A DNA stretch of 63,705 nucleotides, the filler included, from Lama guanicoe (Eukaryota), in NCBI GenBank assembly GCA_013239625.1. It is 153 parts of 153 records of this genome, joined end to end, with 100 filler letters (N's around TTAATTAATTAA, not from the genome) between each part and the next. Parts side by side here need not be neighbours in the genome. Positions count along the whole stretch, not along the records: positions 37,075 to 37,391 come from PNXV01055717.1; positions 37,492 to 37,808 come from PNXV01055718.1; positions 37,909 to 38,225 come from PNXV01055719.1; positions 38,326 to 38,642 come from PNXV01055720.1; positions 38,743 to 39,059 come from PNXV01055721.1; positions 39,160 to 39,476 come from PNXV01055722.1; positions 39,577 to 39,893 come from PNXV01055723.1; positions 39,994 to 40,309 come from PNXV01055724.1; 145 more parts are not named here. One strand, 5' to 3'. Positions 36,975-49,078 of this stretch are shown one piece after another. The stretch's first letter is position 1, and the number at the start of each line of letters is the position of its first letter. Both the position numbers and the translations under genes were made by a program. Under the pieces are notes generated by a model. That model was not told where the DNA came from and searched no databases. It worked only from the letters and a program-made list of their open reading frames with translations.

Positions 36975-39159
36975 NNNNNNNNNNNNNNNNNNNNNNNNNN
37001 NNNNNNNNNNNNNNNNNNTTAATTAATTAANNNNNNNNNNNNNNNNNNNNNNNNNNNNNNNNNNNNNNNNNNNNTTGTGATATTTAAATTATAGAATGTC
37101 CGCTTTGTGGAAAGATTGGTCACTGAACATGCATTCTAGAAATTTGTTTTTCTGTCCATACCAGGCTTGATTATCTGTTAAAAATCTACAGAATTTTTGC
37201 TCAGTATGCAGTTGTAGATGAACCCAGAGCTTAAATTTGTGAAACACTTTTTTCTCCTCTTTGTCATATTATTATTCTTTTGGTTAAGATTAATACCATG
37301 TGAGTAATGAAATACAGCTTGATGAAATTCTAAATGCCAAAATATTTGAGCAGAAGCGATAACTTGCGTTTATTGATCTCCTATTTGTCAANNNNNNNNN
37401 NNNNNNNNNNNNNNNNNNNNNNNNNNNNNNNNNNNTTAATTAATTAANNNNNNNNNNNNNNNNNNNNNNNNNNNNNNNNNNNNNNNNNNNNACAGCTGTG
37501 TGTCTGAAGAGCCAAGACAGACTATCAGAAGATAGGACTTGAGAAGTTCCTTGAGAGGAGGTACAATACAGAGCAAAGAGCACTGGCCCCACTGGCTCTA
37601 GTCCCCAGTCCACCCCTTCCCACCAGGTTCCCTTGGACAAGTGACCCCACCATCCTGGGCTGCTGTTTTTTCAGCTGCAAACAAGTCATGCCACATATTG
37701 CCTAATACTTTCTAGACCTAGTCATCAATGATTGCAGGTCCTCTGGTGTGACTGCCAGGTAGGGTCAGGCGACATCCTTCAGGGATGAGAAGCACCAGAC
37801 TTCCTAGGNNNNNNNNNNNNNNNNNNNNNNNNNNNNNNNNNNNNNNNNNNNNTTAATTAATTAANNNNNNNNNNNNNNNNNNNNNNNNNNNNNNNNNNNN
37901 NNNNNNNNAAAAACATGTAATTTTTTCAAAGTTTTGTTTCATAAAGAAAAAAATGAAGAAAATTTTATTCTTGCTTAACAATAACATATGCATTGACTGC
38001 ATTTCAATGGGAGACATCAACACGTAGTTGAAGCAATAGACAAAAATGATGCTTTTTTTTAAAATTTGGGAATGTAAGATTTTGTCCATGAAACTGATAT
38101 TTCTAGTTTAAAACAAGTCTGATTGTCTAGTAAAGAGTAGAAAACATTACACTTTTCACTAAATTACCCTCTATTTTAATTTAAATATCTAATGCTTAAT
38201 TTTAGAAAATCAGGGTTGTTTTTTTNNNNNNNNNNNNNNNNNNNNNNNNNNNNNNNNNNNNNNNNNNNNTTAATTAATTAANNNNNNNNNNNNNNNNNNN
38301 NNNNNNNNNNNNNNNNNNNNNNNNNCAGGTTAAATATGCAGGCAGATGGACATATACAAGATTTCATTTTTATATATATAAAAGGAAAAGGCTGTATATT
38401 TACAACTTCCCTATATATTTGTGTGCATACGTATAGATGTGTATACATGCGTGTCCATATAAATACACGTGTGCATTTATGCAAAAGGCTCTCTGCCAGC
38501 TGAGACTATCAAAGAGTTAATAAGTATGCAACCTAACTTGGCATCCAGACAATGAAGATAAGGAAGCTTCCCTTTGATTCAGTTACTTACAGAAAAAAAT
38601 ATTAATGATCTTTATCACTGGGCTCCCTGAGCAGACACAGCCNNNNNNNNNNNNNNNNNNNNNNNNNNNNNNNNNNNNNNNNNNNNTTAATTAATTAANN
38701 NNNNNNNNNNNNNNNNNNNNNNNNNNNNNNNNNNNNNNNNNNGTTGGGACACGCCGCCCTTTTGCTGTTCTCTCCTCTGTGTCCTGCTCTCCACTCCCGT
38801 CCACAGTGGGCCCTGTACACCCTTCACTGCAGAACAAGTGTTCATGGTTCATAACATATAGGATATTGTAAGGTGGTGCTTTTATAGAGCGTTACTTTTT
38901 AAAAAAAATGGCTGTGTTACAACAATCTTTTCTGATTCTCTGTGAGGTCACTTATGACCTTCATTGTCTACAAGAAGGAAACAGAGAACGAGAGGGGTTG
39001 AGCAACTTACACACTCAAACATTTCTTAAGTAGCATCACACAGATTGAAGCACATTTATNNNNNNNNNNNNNNNNNNNNNNNNNNNNNNNNNNNNNNNNN
39101 NNNTTAATTAATTAANNNNNNNNNNNNNNNNNNNNNNNNNNNNNNNNNNNNNNNNNNNN

Positions 39160-39252
39160 GCCGCCTGCTTCCGGGACATGGCCTTGGCCCCGCGGCCCGC
39201 AGCGGCAGGAGGGAAAGCCGCAGGACCGCCGGGCGGCGAGAAGGAAGAGCCG
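39160..39252 (-). pseudogene. OTUD3: Probable OTUD3 processed retrocopy, 5' end (5' UTR plus MSRKQAA)
   Basis: Minus strand GCCAAGGCC-ATG TCC CGG AAG CAG GCG GC (ATG at 39179) = MSRKQAA, the recalled OTUD3 N-terminus; ~70 nt GC-rich leader joined abruptly to AT-rich DNA at TTTT/AAGAATA. Only 7 codons are visible. Confidence 0.55.
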
Positions 39253-39719
39253 GTATTCTTAAAATACATTTCCCCCCATAATTTTCCCTTATTTTTAAAA
39301 ATAGAAAACATGTTATTTTTAAATGAATTCCTTGCTTCTTTGACATGTCCACTATTGTTTTAAGTGGAAACATATGCTCCAGGAAAGACACATTATACAT
39401 AAACAGTTTCAAGAGAAACAAATGTCCAGAAGGTTGGAAATACGCAAACCCTGCACCCATTAGTAACACAATAAAANNNNNNNNNNNNNNNNNNNNNNNN
39501 NNNNNNNNNNNNNNNNNNNNTTAATTAATTAANNNNNNNNNNNNNNNNNNNNNNNNNNNNNNNNNNNNNNNNNNNNACAATGTACATTTTAGGCACTTCA
39601 CAAATATCTGTAGAATGGCAAAGAAGACATTGGTTTAATACATCAAATCTTGGAGGCAGTGTTCTGGAGGTATAGCTCAAAGACACACTCCAATAATGCA
39701 AAAAAAGAATCCATATTAA

Positions 39720-39893
39720 TAAAAAGTCTGACTCCATTTTGATGTTTGACTGCTGGCAGCTTTTAAGGTCTACCACTATGCCTTTCTTCCTGCCCCACAT
39801 CTGATAAGGACAAGCTGATAAGAAACCTGGTGTTCCCTCCATTGGCAGCAACAGGAACTTAAGACCCCACAAGCCTCATCCCATTCAAATGGG
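39720..39893 (+). mobile_element. ERV LTR 5' part (family uncertain)
   Basis: agtctgactccattttgatgtttgactgctggcagctt...cctgccccacatctg...aagctgataagaaa resembles old eutherian LTR starts. Confidence 0.45.
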
Positions 39894-40270
39894 NNNNNNN
39901 NNNNNNNNNNNNNNNNNNNNNNNNNNNNNNNNNNNNNTTAATTAATTAANNNNNNNNNNNNNNNNNNNNNNNNNNNNNNNNNNNNNNNNNNNNAAAAAAA
40001 AAGACTTTAGCCAGATTACTTTTTATCGGCTCATGAATTTAGATGCAATTCTTTCAGCTCCATAATGCAGCTGTCTAGGGGTAGATATATGCAACTCTCC
40101 AGATTGGCTGCTATTGAAAACTTGGAAGTCTGAAACTTGATAGTTCAGGGTGGGGAAGGATTGCTGACTCTCGTGAGGAAAACATTTTGAAACAAACAGC
40201 TACAACAATGGCAAAAAATGAGATTTGGGTTAGCTATTTCCCAGGTGATCATTTTGTTCTCCATTTATAC

Positions 40271-40309
<39 letters not shown>

Positions 40310-40826
40310 NNNNNNNNNNNNNNNNNNNNNNNNNNNNNNNNNNNNNNNNNNNNTTAATTAATTAANNNNNNNNNNNNNNNNNNNNNNNNNNNNNNNNNNN
40401 NNNNNNNNNGGAAGTAAAGTGAAGAAAACCCAGGTCGCGGGATGGTGTGACTTGTCTGGCCTTTTGTCTGCGTGCACGACCATATTTTCCTTCTTTCTGA
40501 TTCTGCACCATGTGGTGAAGCAGGTGTCCTGCCCTGTGGCTTCTCTTTGGGTAACAGGGTTGTGGCAGTCCCCTAGGGTCATCCCTGCTGTGTGTGCGCA
40601 CAACTGTGCCTGATTCCGTGGGAGTAAGTTCTGGGTCACAGGCTGTGCCCGTGTTTAAGGTAGTGGACACCGGACTTCAGTCAGCCCCTAGGCTGCCCGG
40701 CGTCTGCTGTGGCACACCCAGGCCATNNNNNNNNNNNNNNNNNNNNNNNNNNNNNNNNNNNNNNNNNNNNTTAATTAATTAANNNNNNNNNNNNNNNNNN
40801 NNNNNNNNNNNNNNNNNNNNNNNNNN

Positions 40827-41143
40827 GGTTTGATTCCCACACTGGGCACCCCAACTTTTAAGACCTGAATCATGAGCCCTGGAGATGAACCCTGAAAACA
40901 TTTAGGTTTGAAAACCAACAGGGCTGACACCCATGAGACCCCTAAGATTATCTGCAACCTAAGAAACAGCTCTTAAAGGGCTCAAGCAGGGACTCGCCCA
41001 TCCCAGGGCTCAGCACAGAGGCAGCAGATAGAGAGGGGACCATTCTTTATCTGAAGGAAGTTCGTTTGCTGGTCTTGAAGTTTTGGACCCAGGGGCAGGC
41101 ATCAGGTTTGGCTCACACTTAGAAGCCACTGTCTCCGTGCTTT
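40827..41143 (+). mobile_element. LINE-1 5' UTR-like relic
   Basis: gaaaacatttaggtttgaaaaccaacagggct...ctcttaaagggctc...cccagggctcagcacagaggcagca resembles laurasiatherian L1 5' UTR. Confidence 0.5.
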
Positions 41144-42999
41144 NNNNNNNNNNNNNNNNNNNNNNNNNNNNNNNNNNNNNNNNNNNNTTAATTAATTAAN
41201 NNNNNNNNNNNNNNNNNNNNNNNNNNNNNNNNNNNNNNNNNNNTAGAAAAAGAGTAGATAGAGGTGAGGATGATACAGCTCAAGCAAGAAGGACCGTAGA
41301 ATCATAAGTCATCTAACAAAGCACCCAGCTTCAAGAAAGATAAAACCCTAAAGCACCAATGCAATGGGACACCAGTTCAAATCTTAAGATGCCCCTCTAC
41401 CTTCAAAATGATGGGCCATCGTTTACTGCCAACAAACTCTCTCATGCTTTAGTTTTAAGTCTACAACTTAGTCCTACCCTTGGCAAGATAAAAAATAAAT
41501 GGGAATAATCAACTATTTACTATTTACAAAAAGGGCTTCCGTACACACACACACACACACNNNNNNNNNNNNNNNNNNNNNNNNNNNNNNNNNNNNNNNN
41601 NNNNTTAATTAATTAANNNNNNNNNNNNNNNNNNNNNNNNNNNNNNNNNNNNNNNNNNNNTATTGCATTTAGTGGCACTTCAGCATTATGGCTGCACACT
41701 TCCTCAGGGAACAGGAGGGGGGCTGGAAAAAAATAGAAAGGAGCAAAATAAAGATAGAAAGAAATAATCGTCGGAGAACATCCTTAGGGAGTGAAGAAAA
41801 ACAAAAGCCAAAGAAAGTAACGACTTACAGTGTTGCAAAAACTGTGTGAACCTGTTACAGGGGGAAATATGTGTTTGATAGAATTTAAATTATTTAAGAG
41901 CCTAGAAAGAGATTTTACTCATCTTCTGCTTTTAAAGGAGAACCATCTGCACACGGTTTTATTCACTTCTTTCTCTTNNNNNNNNNNNNNNNNNNNNNNN
42001 NNNNNNNNNNNNNNNNNNNNNTTAATTAATTAANNNNNNNNNNNNNNNNNNNNNNNNNNNNNNNNNNNNNNNNNNNNCGGTGCTGCAGCTAGGAAATTCC
42101 ACTGGGGGGAACCCATCCAAGGCCTTGTCTTTCATTTGGTGACCAGCCTTATTTTTAATATTTAAAATTTGTATTTAAAGCAAAAAATGATGATAATCAG
42201 GTTCCTCATATATTGCTCAGTCAGACACAACAGGCCACAACAATATGTTATCACCAATAAGAATAATCAGGGATTGTAAATTCATAGACACATCAGGAAC
42301 ATTGGTTGTCACAACACTGAAGGTGAGGGAAATCAGGAGAGACTGATACTTACAGCACTTTCTTTGATAAGAATGTTCTGGAATAGATATTAAANNNNNN
42401 NNNNNNNNNNNNNNNNNNNNNNNNNNNNNNNNNNNNNNTTAATTAATTAANNNNNNNNNNNNNNNNNNNNNNNNNNNNNNNNNNNNNNNNNNNNTTTTTT
42501 TTCTTAATAAGCTAGCTGGTTTGCTAAAACCTTTTTCTTAAAGCTGTACCACTGCGTGGCTTCCATTGTGAGCATGGTCAAATAGTTCTTAATGAATCCT
42601 TCTTTATCACTAAGACTCAGCTCTCGCGAGGTGAATTTGCTGCTACTTTTAATCCTACATGGAACACAAAGGGGTCATCAAATTGTTCTGTGCTATTACT
42701 GACCAGCTATGTTGCCATCACTTAATTACATTAAATTTTCAGTGTTTGAGAGTCTTCTTTAAGGTATGTGACTATACATATTGGGTATAAGGGAGATGGA
42801 AAAAAAAAAAAANNNNNNNNNNNNNNNNNNNNNNNNNNNNNNNNNNNNNNNNNNNNTTAATTAATTAANNNNNNNNNNNNNNNNNNNNNNNNNNNNNNNN
42901 NNNNNNNNNNNNGTGTCAATCTTGAGAGATTATGAAATGGGATGTTGAATGAAAGATGTCTAAGAACTTAATGGAGAACATGGTACTCATCGAGAACCT

Positions 43000-43130
43000 G
43001 TATCAGTTTCCTAAGAACTAGTCAGATTATTTCTACTTTTGATAGAATTACCAGATTGGCCAATTTTATATGACCAGGAAAAATTGGACATACAGTGTGT
43101 CTGGAGTTCAATTGTCCATGAATCTACCAT
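43000..43130 (+). mobile_element. L3/CR1 RT relic
   Basis: ttttgatagaattaccagattgg...gaccaggaaaaattggacatacagtgtgtctggagttca resembles the CR1 RT segment FFDRVT.LVDQG..VD..YLDFS. Confidence 0.45.
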
Positions 43131-43330
43131 GGAGAAGAATAAAGAAAACAGTTAACTATCAGGCAGGAAAAGCTTTCCCTTTCCCCTGTCAGGTTCAGTG
43201 ACTGTGAGGGCTGTGAATGAAATCAACAAANNNNNNNNNNNNNNNNNNNNNNNNNNNNNNNNNNNNNNNNNNNNTTAATTAATTAANNNNNNNNNNNNNN
43301 NNNNNNNNNNNNNNNNNNNNNNNNNNNNNN

Positions 43331-43648
43331 AGGCAGAGAACTGCCGAGGGCTCTGGCCGGCACGTCGGGACTGCTGCATCCCCCCCCCGGCCCCCACCGG
43401 GCTCCTGCCCCAGCCCCTCAGGCTCCGGCGCTGCTCCCCACTGAGGCAGAGGTGGCCACTGCCCACGACAGCGCGCGCGCCTGGAGGGGACGGAGCCGGG
43501 TGGACCCCAGCCCTGCCTCTGACCAGGGCGCAGGCACCACCGCCAGCGCGTGTCACTACACACTGGTGGGAGGGAGCAAAGTCAGCTCGGCGGCGCGGTG
43601 CTGCCCCTCCCGTCACGCCCAGCCTCTAGCCGCGCGAGCACACCGGGG
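43331..43648. promoter_or_regulatory. CpG-island-like fragment, unidentified
   Basis: Very GC-rich with dense CpG/GCGC runs; no recognisable protein. Confidence 0.45.
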
Positions 43649-46256
43649 NNNNNNNNNNNNNNNNNNNNNNNNNNNNNNNNNNNNNNNNNNNNTTAATTAA
43701 TTAANNNNNNNNNNNNNNNNNNNNNNNNNNNNNNNNNNNNNNNNNNNNATGTGTGTGGTGTGTGCATGTGAGAGGGAAGTCTGCCCAGGTGGAAGGGACT
43801 GGAACTCAACCGTCTGAAGGCTGTGACCCTTTCACTCTGCCGCGCAGAGGTGTGCTAAGGGAACAGCCCAGAGGCAGGAGTTCTGTGTAGGAGGGAGACA
43901 CAGTGAAAGAAGCCGCTGCTACTTTGGCCGTTTACGTAATGTCTGTCTCTAAAATCTCTTAAAATTTTTTGCAGTCAGAAACTCAGTTTCTGAGGACAAG
44001 GCTGCAGGGCGGTGTTTAGGGAGGGGGAGCCAGAATACCTTGCTGCCCAACAAACACCACACTGAGNNNNNNNNNNNNNNNNNNNNNNNNNNNNNNNNNN
44101 NNNNNNNNNNTTAATTAATTAANNNNNNNNNNNNNNNNNNNNNNNNNNNNNNNNNNNNNNNNNNNNACACACACACACACATACACACACTCTATTTTAG
44201 GTGGATTTGAAAATTTGCTGCCCATTTAAAGATACCTATCTATCTGAATCCCAGAAATAGAATTATATGAGATGTAGTTGAAAATCAGCAAGGAACATTC
44301 TAGATCCCACTCAGCTTAGCTAACTCTTGAACATTATTCAAGTCAGCCAAAAAATCAGCTCTCCCAAGAAATTTTTCTTCACCCAATACCAAATAAAATC
44401 CATTCATGCCTCTCCTATGTCTTCCTGCAGCACCATGAAAACTTTTATCCCATCTTATTGGAAATACGTGTTAATTTTCCCTTTNNNNNNNNNNNNNNNN
44501 NNNNNNNNNNNNNNNNNNNNNNNNNNNNTTAATTAATTAANNNNNNNNNNNNNNNNNNNNNNNNNNNNNNNNNNNNNNNNNNNNTACACTTCTGTAAGTA
44601 TTTATTTTCTTATTTTTAAAGTGTGTACAATAAAGTGTTTTGAAGCTCAGAAGAGATAATATAAGTGAAGTAGACAGAGTAAGAGTGTAATGAACAGTTA
44701 GTTAGTATAATGCTCTGGAAGCCCATGAAAAAAAGACCCCACTAAACCAAACCTCTGCCAGCCCCTAAACTCTGATGTATCCCATCCTCTAGAGGAATAG
44801 GGAAGCAATGGGATATGAAGTCTGTTTTCATAAAGAGAAGCACCATGCTGACGAAGAGGGTTAAAGTAATCACCTCTGCAGAAGTGCTTAATGATGACAA
44901 CCNNNNNNNNNNNNNNNNNNNNNNNNNNNNNNNNNNNNNNNNNNNNTTAATTAATTAANNNNNNNNNNNNNNNNNNNNNNNNNNNNNNNNNNNNNNNNNN
45001 NNGAACACAGCTAAGACTGGCCTCTGACAACTTTGGGCTCCTCATGGCACTGAACAAGCAGATGGAAAAGAGCTTGCCTCTGACAATTGTGGGCACTAGG
45101 GCAAGAGTGAAAATAGAAGTCCATAGGCAGTATTGAAAAATTTTAAAATTATAAATCAAGGTAATATAAACTTGAGTACACGGTGTTCTATCTTTCTATG
45201 TTGATAAACATATGTTGCTGCTGCTGCTTCTCTAGTGTCTTGTTATGAATCTTTAGGACCTTTGTTCTAGTCAAACCAAATAGGTCCCTATGGGTAAAGT
45301 CCCTTGATCAATAAACTTCTNNNNNNNNNNNNNNNNNNNNNNNNNNNNNNNNNNNNNNNNNNNNTTAATTAATTAANNNNNNNNNNNNNNNNNNNNNNNN
45401 NNNNNNNNNNNNNNNNNNNNCAAAGGTTGAGGAAGGCATCCCCACATGCTGGCAGCAGTCAGGGTCATATTGGTTTCATAGTGGTGACTGTGGACAAGCT
45501 ATTTTTCCAGCTGATGACAGAGGAAGGACACCCGAGAGAGGGTCAGCAATAATTAGGAGATAAGTAAGCCCACGGTGTTTGGGAGGAAGAATGATGTGCT
45601 TGCTGAGAACAATAACTCTCTGAGGCTCCTACAGGACTGCCTTCCAGACCCCTCATGATATCCATCAATCTGACAGCCAGTATTGATCTCTGAAGATTGA
45701 CTGTGACTACTTGAAGCATGCCTCTTCCAGGTGGCTAGNNNNNNNNNNNNNNNNNNNNNNNNNNNNNNNNNNNNNNNNNNNNTTAATTAATTAANNNNNN
45801 NNNNNNNNNNNNNNNNNNNNNNNNNNNNNNNNNNNNNNGATATTTACCTCTAGCTGAACAACAAGTAATTTGACACTACTTGGCTAGATAGCTCCAAACT
45901 ACCTGCTTCGATAAATATTCTAGAAGAGATCCGGCCAAAGCATATGAGTCGTGTGGTTCTGCATCTCCCTCCCTCAGCCCAGGCACTGCCACCACCGTTA
46001 CCTACTGCACCCTTGACTGGCCAGGTCAAATGACTTTGGTGCAGTCAAGTAGCATCCTGTGCAAGGCTTGGGGGCTCCCAGCAGGGCATCCTTTGAATTA
46101 TTTTTGCCTCTGTTGATCCCATTTTGCCCCATATCTGCCACATTTTCTGGGCCTCCNNNNNNNNNNNNNNNNNNNNNNNNNNNNNNNNNNNNNNNNNNNN
46201 TTAATTAATTAANNNNNNNNNNNNNNNNNNNNNNNNNNNNNNNNNNNNNNNNNNNN

Positions 46257-46574
46257 GGGCGTAGACGTAGATGCAGGGCACAAAGTGCAGGGTCACCACC
46301 GTGATATGGGCCGTGCAGGTGGAGATGGCTTTCCTCCTGCCCTCCCCTGCTTGAGACCTCAGTAATAATAATATGACCGTATAGGACACCAGGAGGAAGA
46401 GAAACCACAGTGTGGTGAGCAGTCCATTGTTGGAAATCATCAGCAGCTCAAGCATAAAAATGTCAGTGCAGGCGAGTTTGAGGACCTGGGGGACATCACA
46501 GTAGAAGGTGTCAAGGACATTGGGTCCACAGAAGGGGAGTGGGAGCAACAGGGAAATCTGCACGATGGAGTGGA
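46257..46574 (-). CDS. Olfactory receptor OR4D9/10/11-like, fragment TM4-TM6
   Basis: Open across the contig: [37 protein letters not shown]...MISNNGL...SYTVIL...[28 protein letters not shown]. Confidence 0.93.
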
Positions 46575-47509
46575 NNNNNNNNNNNNNNNNNNNNNNNNNN
46601 NNNNNNNNNNNNNNNNNNTTAATTAATTAANNNNNNNNNNNNNNNNNNNNNNNNNNNNNNNNNNNNNNNNNNNNGCCTTCTCTGATGCCATCCTGCATTC
46701 CTCCCGACGGGCCATTCATGGGGTCCAATGTCAGCCCAGTCAGGATGGGAGGGAAAATGCATGTAAAGATAGTCTCCATTTTCTTAGATTATCTCTGCAA
46801 TAACACAGACCCACAGCTGACCCAGGGGGATGTAGGCCACATCCCCTGTCTGGCCTTGGTCATCTGAGCTGCTGGACCTGCCTTTACAGAAATGCCCCAC
46901 TGTGGGCAGTGTCCCTGGGCCACACTGAGTGCCTGGTGGTGCAGGGAGGGGAGAGCATTGCTCTGGGACCATTTGGTGAGGGGGCGACGGAGNNNNNNNN
47001 NNNNNNNNNNNNNNNNNNNNNNNNNNNNNNNNNNNNTTAATTAATTAANNNNNNNNNNNNNNNNNNNNNNNNNNNNNNNNNNNNNNNNNNNNAAATGATT
47101 TCTGTCTAGTAGAAAAGAAAATCCCCAGCTGCAGTGCTGGTTCTGCTGTTTAACTCCGACCTGTAACAAAGTTCTTCCTCCCATGCACTACCAGTGTCCG
47201 GGAGCCTCACGCATCCTCCTCTGAATCAGCTCCTCATCCAGCTGGTCCCCTCACCAGAGTTACAGAAATCTTTGACAAGTGTCCACTATATACCTTATAA
47301 GAGTGTAACAGACTTGAAGCTACAAGGAAGGAGACTGAAAGACAATTCACAATAAAGAAATGAAAATGGCTCTTAAACTTGGAAAGATGGTCAATCTAAC
47401 ACAAAAAAANNNNNNNNNNNNNNNNNNNNNNNNNNNNNNNNNNNNNNNNNNNNTTAATTAATTAANNNNNNNNNNNNNNNNNNNNNNNNNNNNNNNNNNN
47501 NNNNNNNNN

Positions 47510-47827
47510 CATGCAGTGACAGATCTAAATATTAATACTCAAATTTTCCATTTCACTAGCTCATAATGAGTGAGAAAATACGCAATTTATTTTCAATACA
47601 TAGCTCTTCCAGCAACATTTAAATTTTTACAGAAAACAGTTGTCTTCAATGATAAAGGTATATTTTATTCTACATGAGTGAGTTTTAAAATGTAATGCTT
47701 CAAGTTTAGTCATCTTCTGACCCTAAAACTGTTGCTTTAAAACTACAGAAGAGAAAATGACATACTTTGCTTGCTTTTTTTAAAAAAACCTACATTAAAT
47801 AAAAAATCAGTTGAAGAAACATTTTAT
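47510..47827 (+). repeat. Copy B of the near-identical contig pair (copy A at 22899-23215)
   Basis: Direct sequence comparison; first and last 49 nt identical to copy A. Confidence 0.97.
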
Positions 47828-48345
47828 NNNNNNNNNNNNNNNNNNNNNNNNNNNNNNNNNNNNNNNNNNNNTTAATTAATTAANNNNNNNNNNNNNNNNN
47901 NNNNNNNNNNNNNNNNNNNNNNNNNNNAACAGAAAATATTCAACAGAAATCTTACCACTGCCATAAAATGTTCACCTGAAAGAATCTGAGAATGTAAGAA
48001 TTGTGTTGATGGTGTCACAAAACTAACACAGGCTGGAGGCAGAAAACCTGAATTCAAATTTATACCTTTTAATGGTTCTATAATGTAGGGCAAGTAACTT
48101 AGTTTCTCTGGGCTTTATTCATTCATTTGTTAATGCTCAAAAAAATCAAGCATGGAGACAGCTGACTAACTGGCTCCACTTTCTTCATCTTTACAATACA
48201 GGTAACGACCAACACAGAAGTTGTTCTAGACTCCAAAGATGTCTGNNNNNNNNNNNNNNNNNNNNNNNNNNNNNNNNNNNNNNNNNNNNTTAATTAATTA
48301 ANNNNNNNNNNNNNNNNNNNNNNNNNNNNNNNNNNNNNNNNNNNN

Positions 48346-48660
48346 TGGGCAGAAGACCTAAGTAGACATTTCTCCAATGAAGACATACAGATGGCCAAGA
48401 GGCACGTGAAAAGAGCTCAATATCACTAATTATCAGAGAAATGCAAATCAAAACTCCAGTGAGGTGTCACCTCATACTCGTCAGAACGGCCATCATTAAA
48501 AAGCCCACAAATGACAAATGCTGGAGAGGATGTGGAGAAAAGGGACCCCAACTACAGTGTCGGTGGGAATGCAGTTTGGTGCAGCCGTTATGGAAAGCAG
48601 TATGGAGATTCCTCCAAAAACTAAAAATAGATTTACCATATGATCCAGCAATCCCACTCC
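48346..48660 (+). mobile_element. LINE-1 ORF2 C-terminal (Cys-rich) fragment
   Basis: WAEDLSRHFSNEDIQMAKRH...[23 protein letters not shown]...[10 protein letters not shown]...[34 protein letters not shown]. Confidence 0.95.
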
Positions 48661-48904
48661 NNNNNNNNNNNNNNNNNNNNNNNNNNNNNNNNNNNNNNNN
48701 NNNNTTAATTAATTAANNNNNNNNNNNNNNNNNNNNNNNNNNNNNNNNNNNNNNNNNNNNTTTTTTTCCATATGTTGGTGAGAGAAAAATCTGCTGCAAA
48801 GTGTTATATTGCTGAAGAAAGCTAGTTTTATTTACCTGTGTTGTATTTGGGAAAAAAATCTAGCCATTATATCTACTTGAGATTTTAAAGGATGCATGCA
48901 AATA

Positions 48905-49078
48905 CATTTGACCCTTGAGCAACACGGGGTTAGGGGCACCAGCCTTCTGTGCAGTCAGAAAGCTCTGTGTAAATTATAGTCAGCCCATCATGTACGGAGT
49001 CCCTCCACATCCTCATTTCCACGTCCACAGATTCAACCAACCTCAGATCGTGTGGTACTGCAGAATTTACTACTGGAA
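48905..49078 (+). mobile_element. Tigger2/MER8-like (TcMar-Tigger) element
   Basis: ttgacccttgagcaacacggggttaggggc...ccacagattcaaccaacctcagatcgtg resembles the Tigger2-group TIR and internal motif. Confidence 0.6.
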
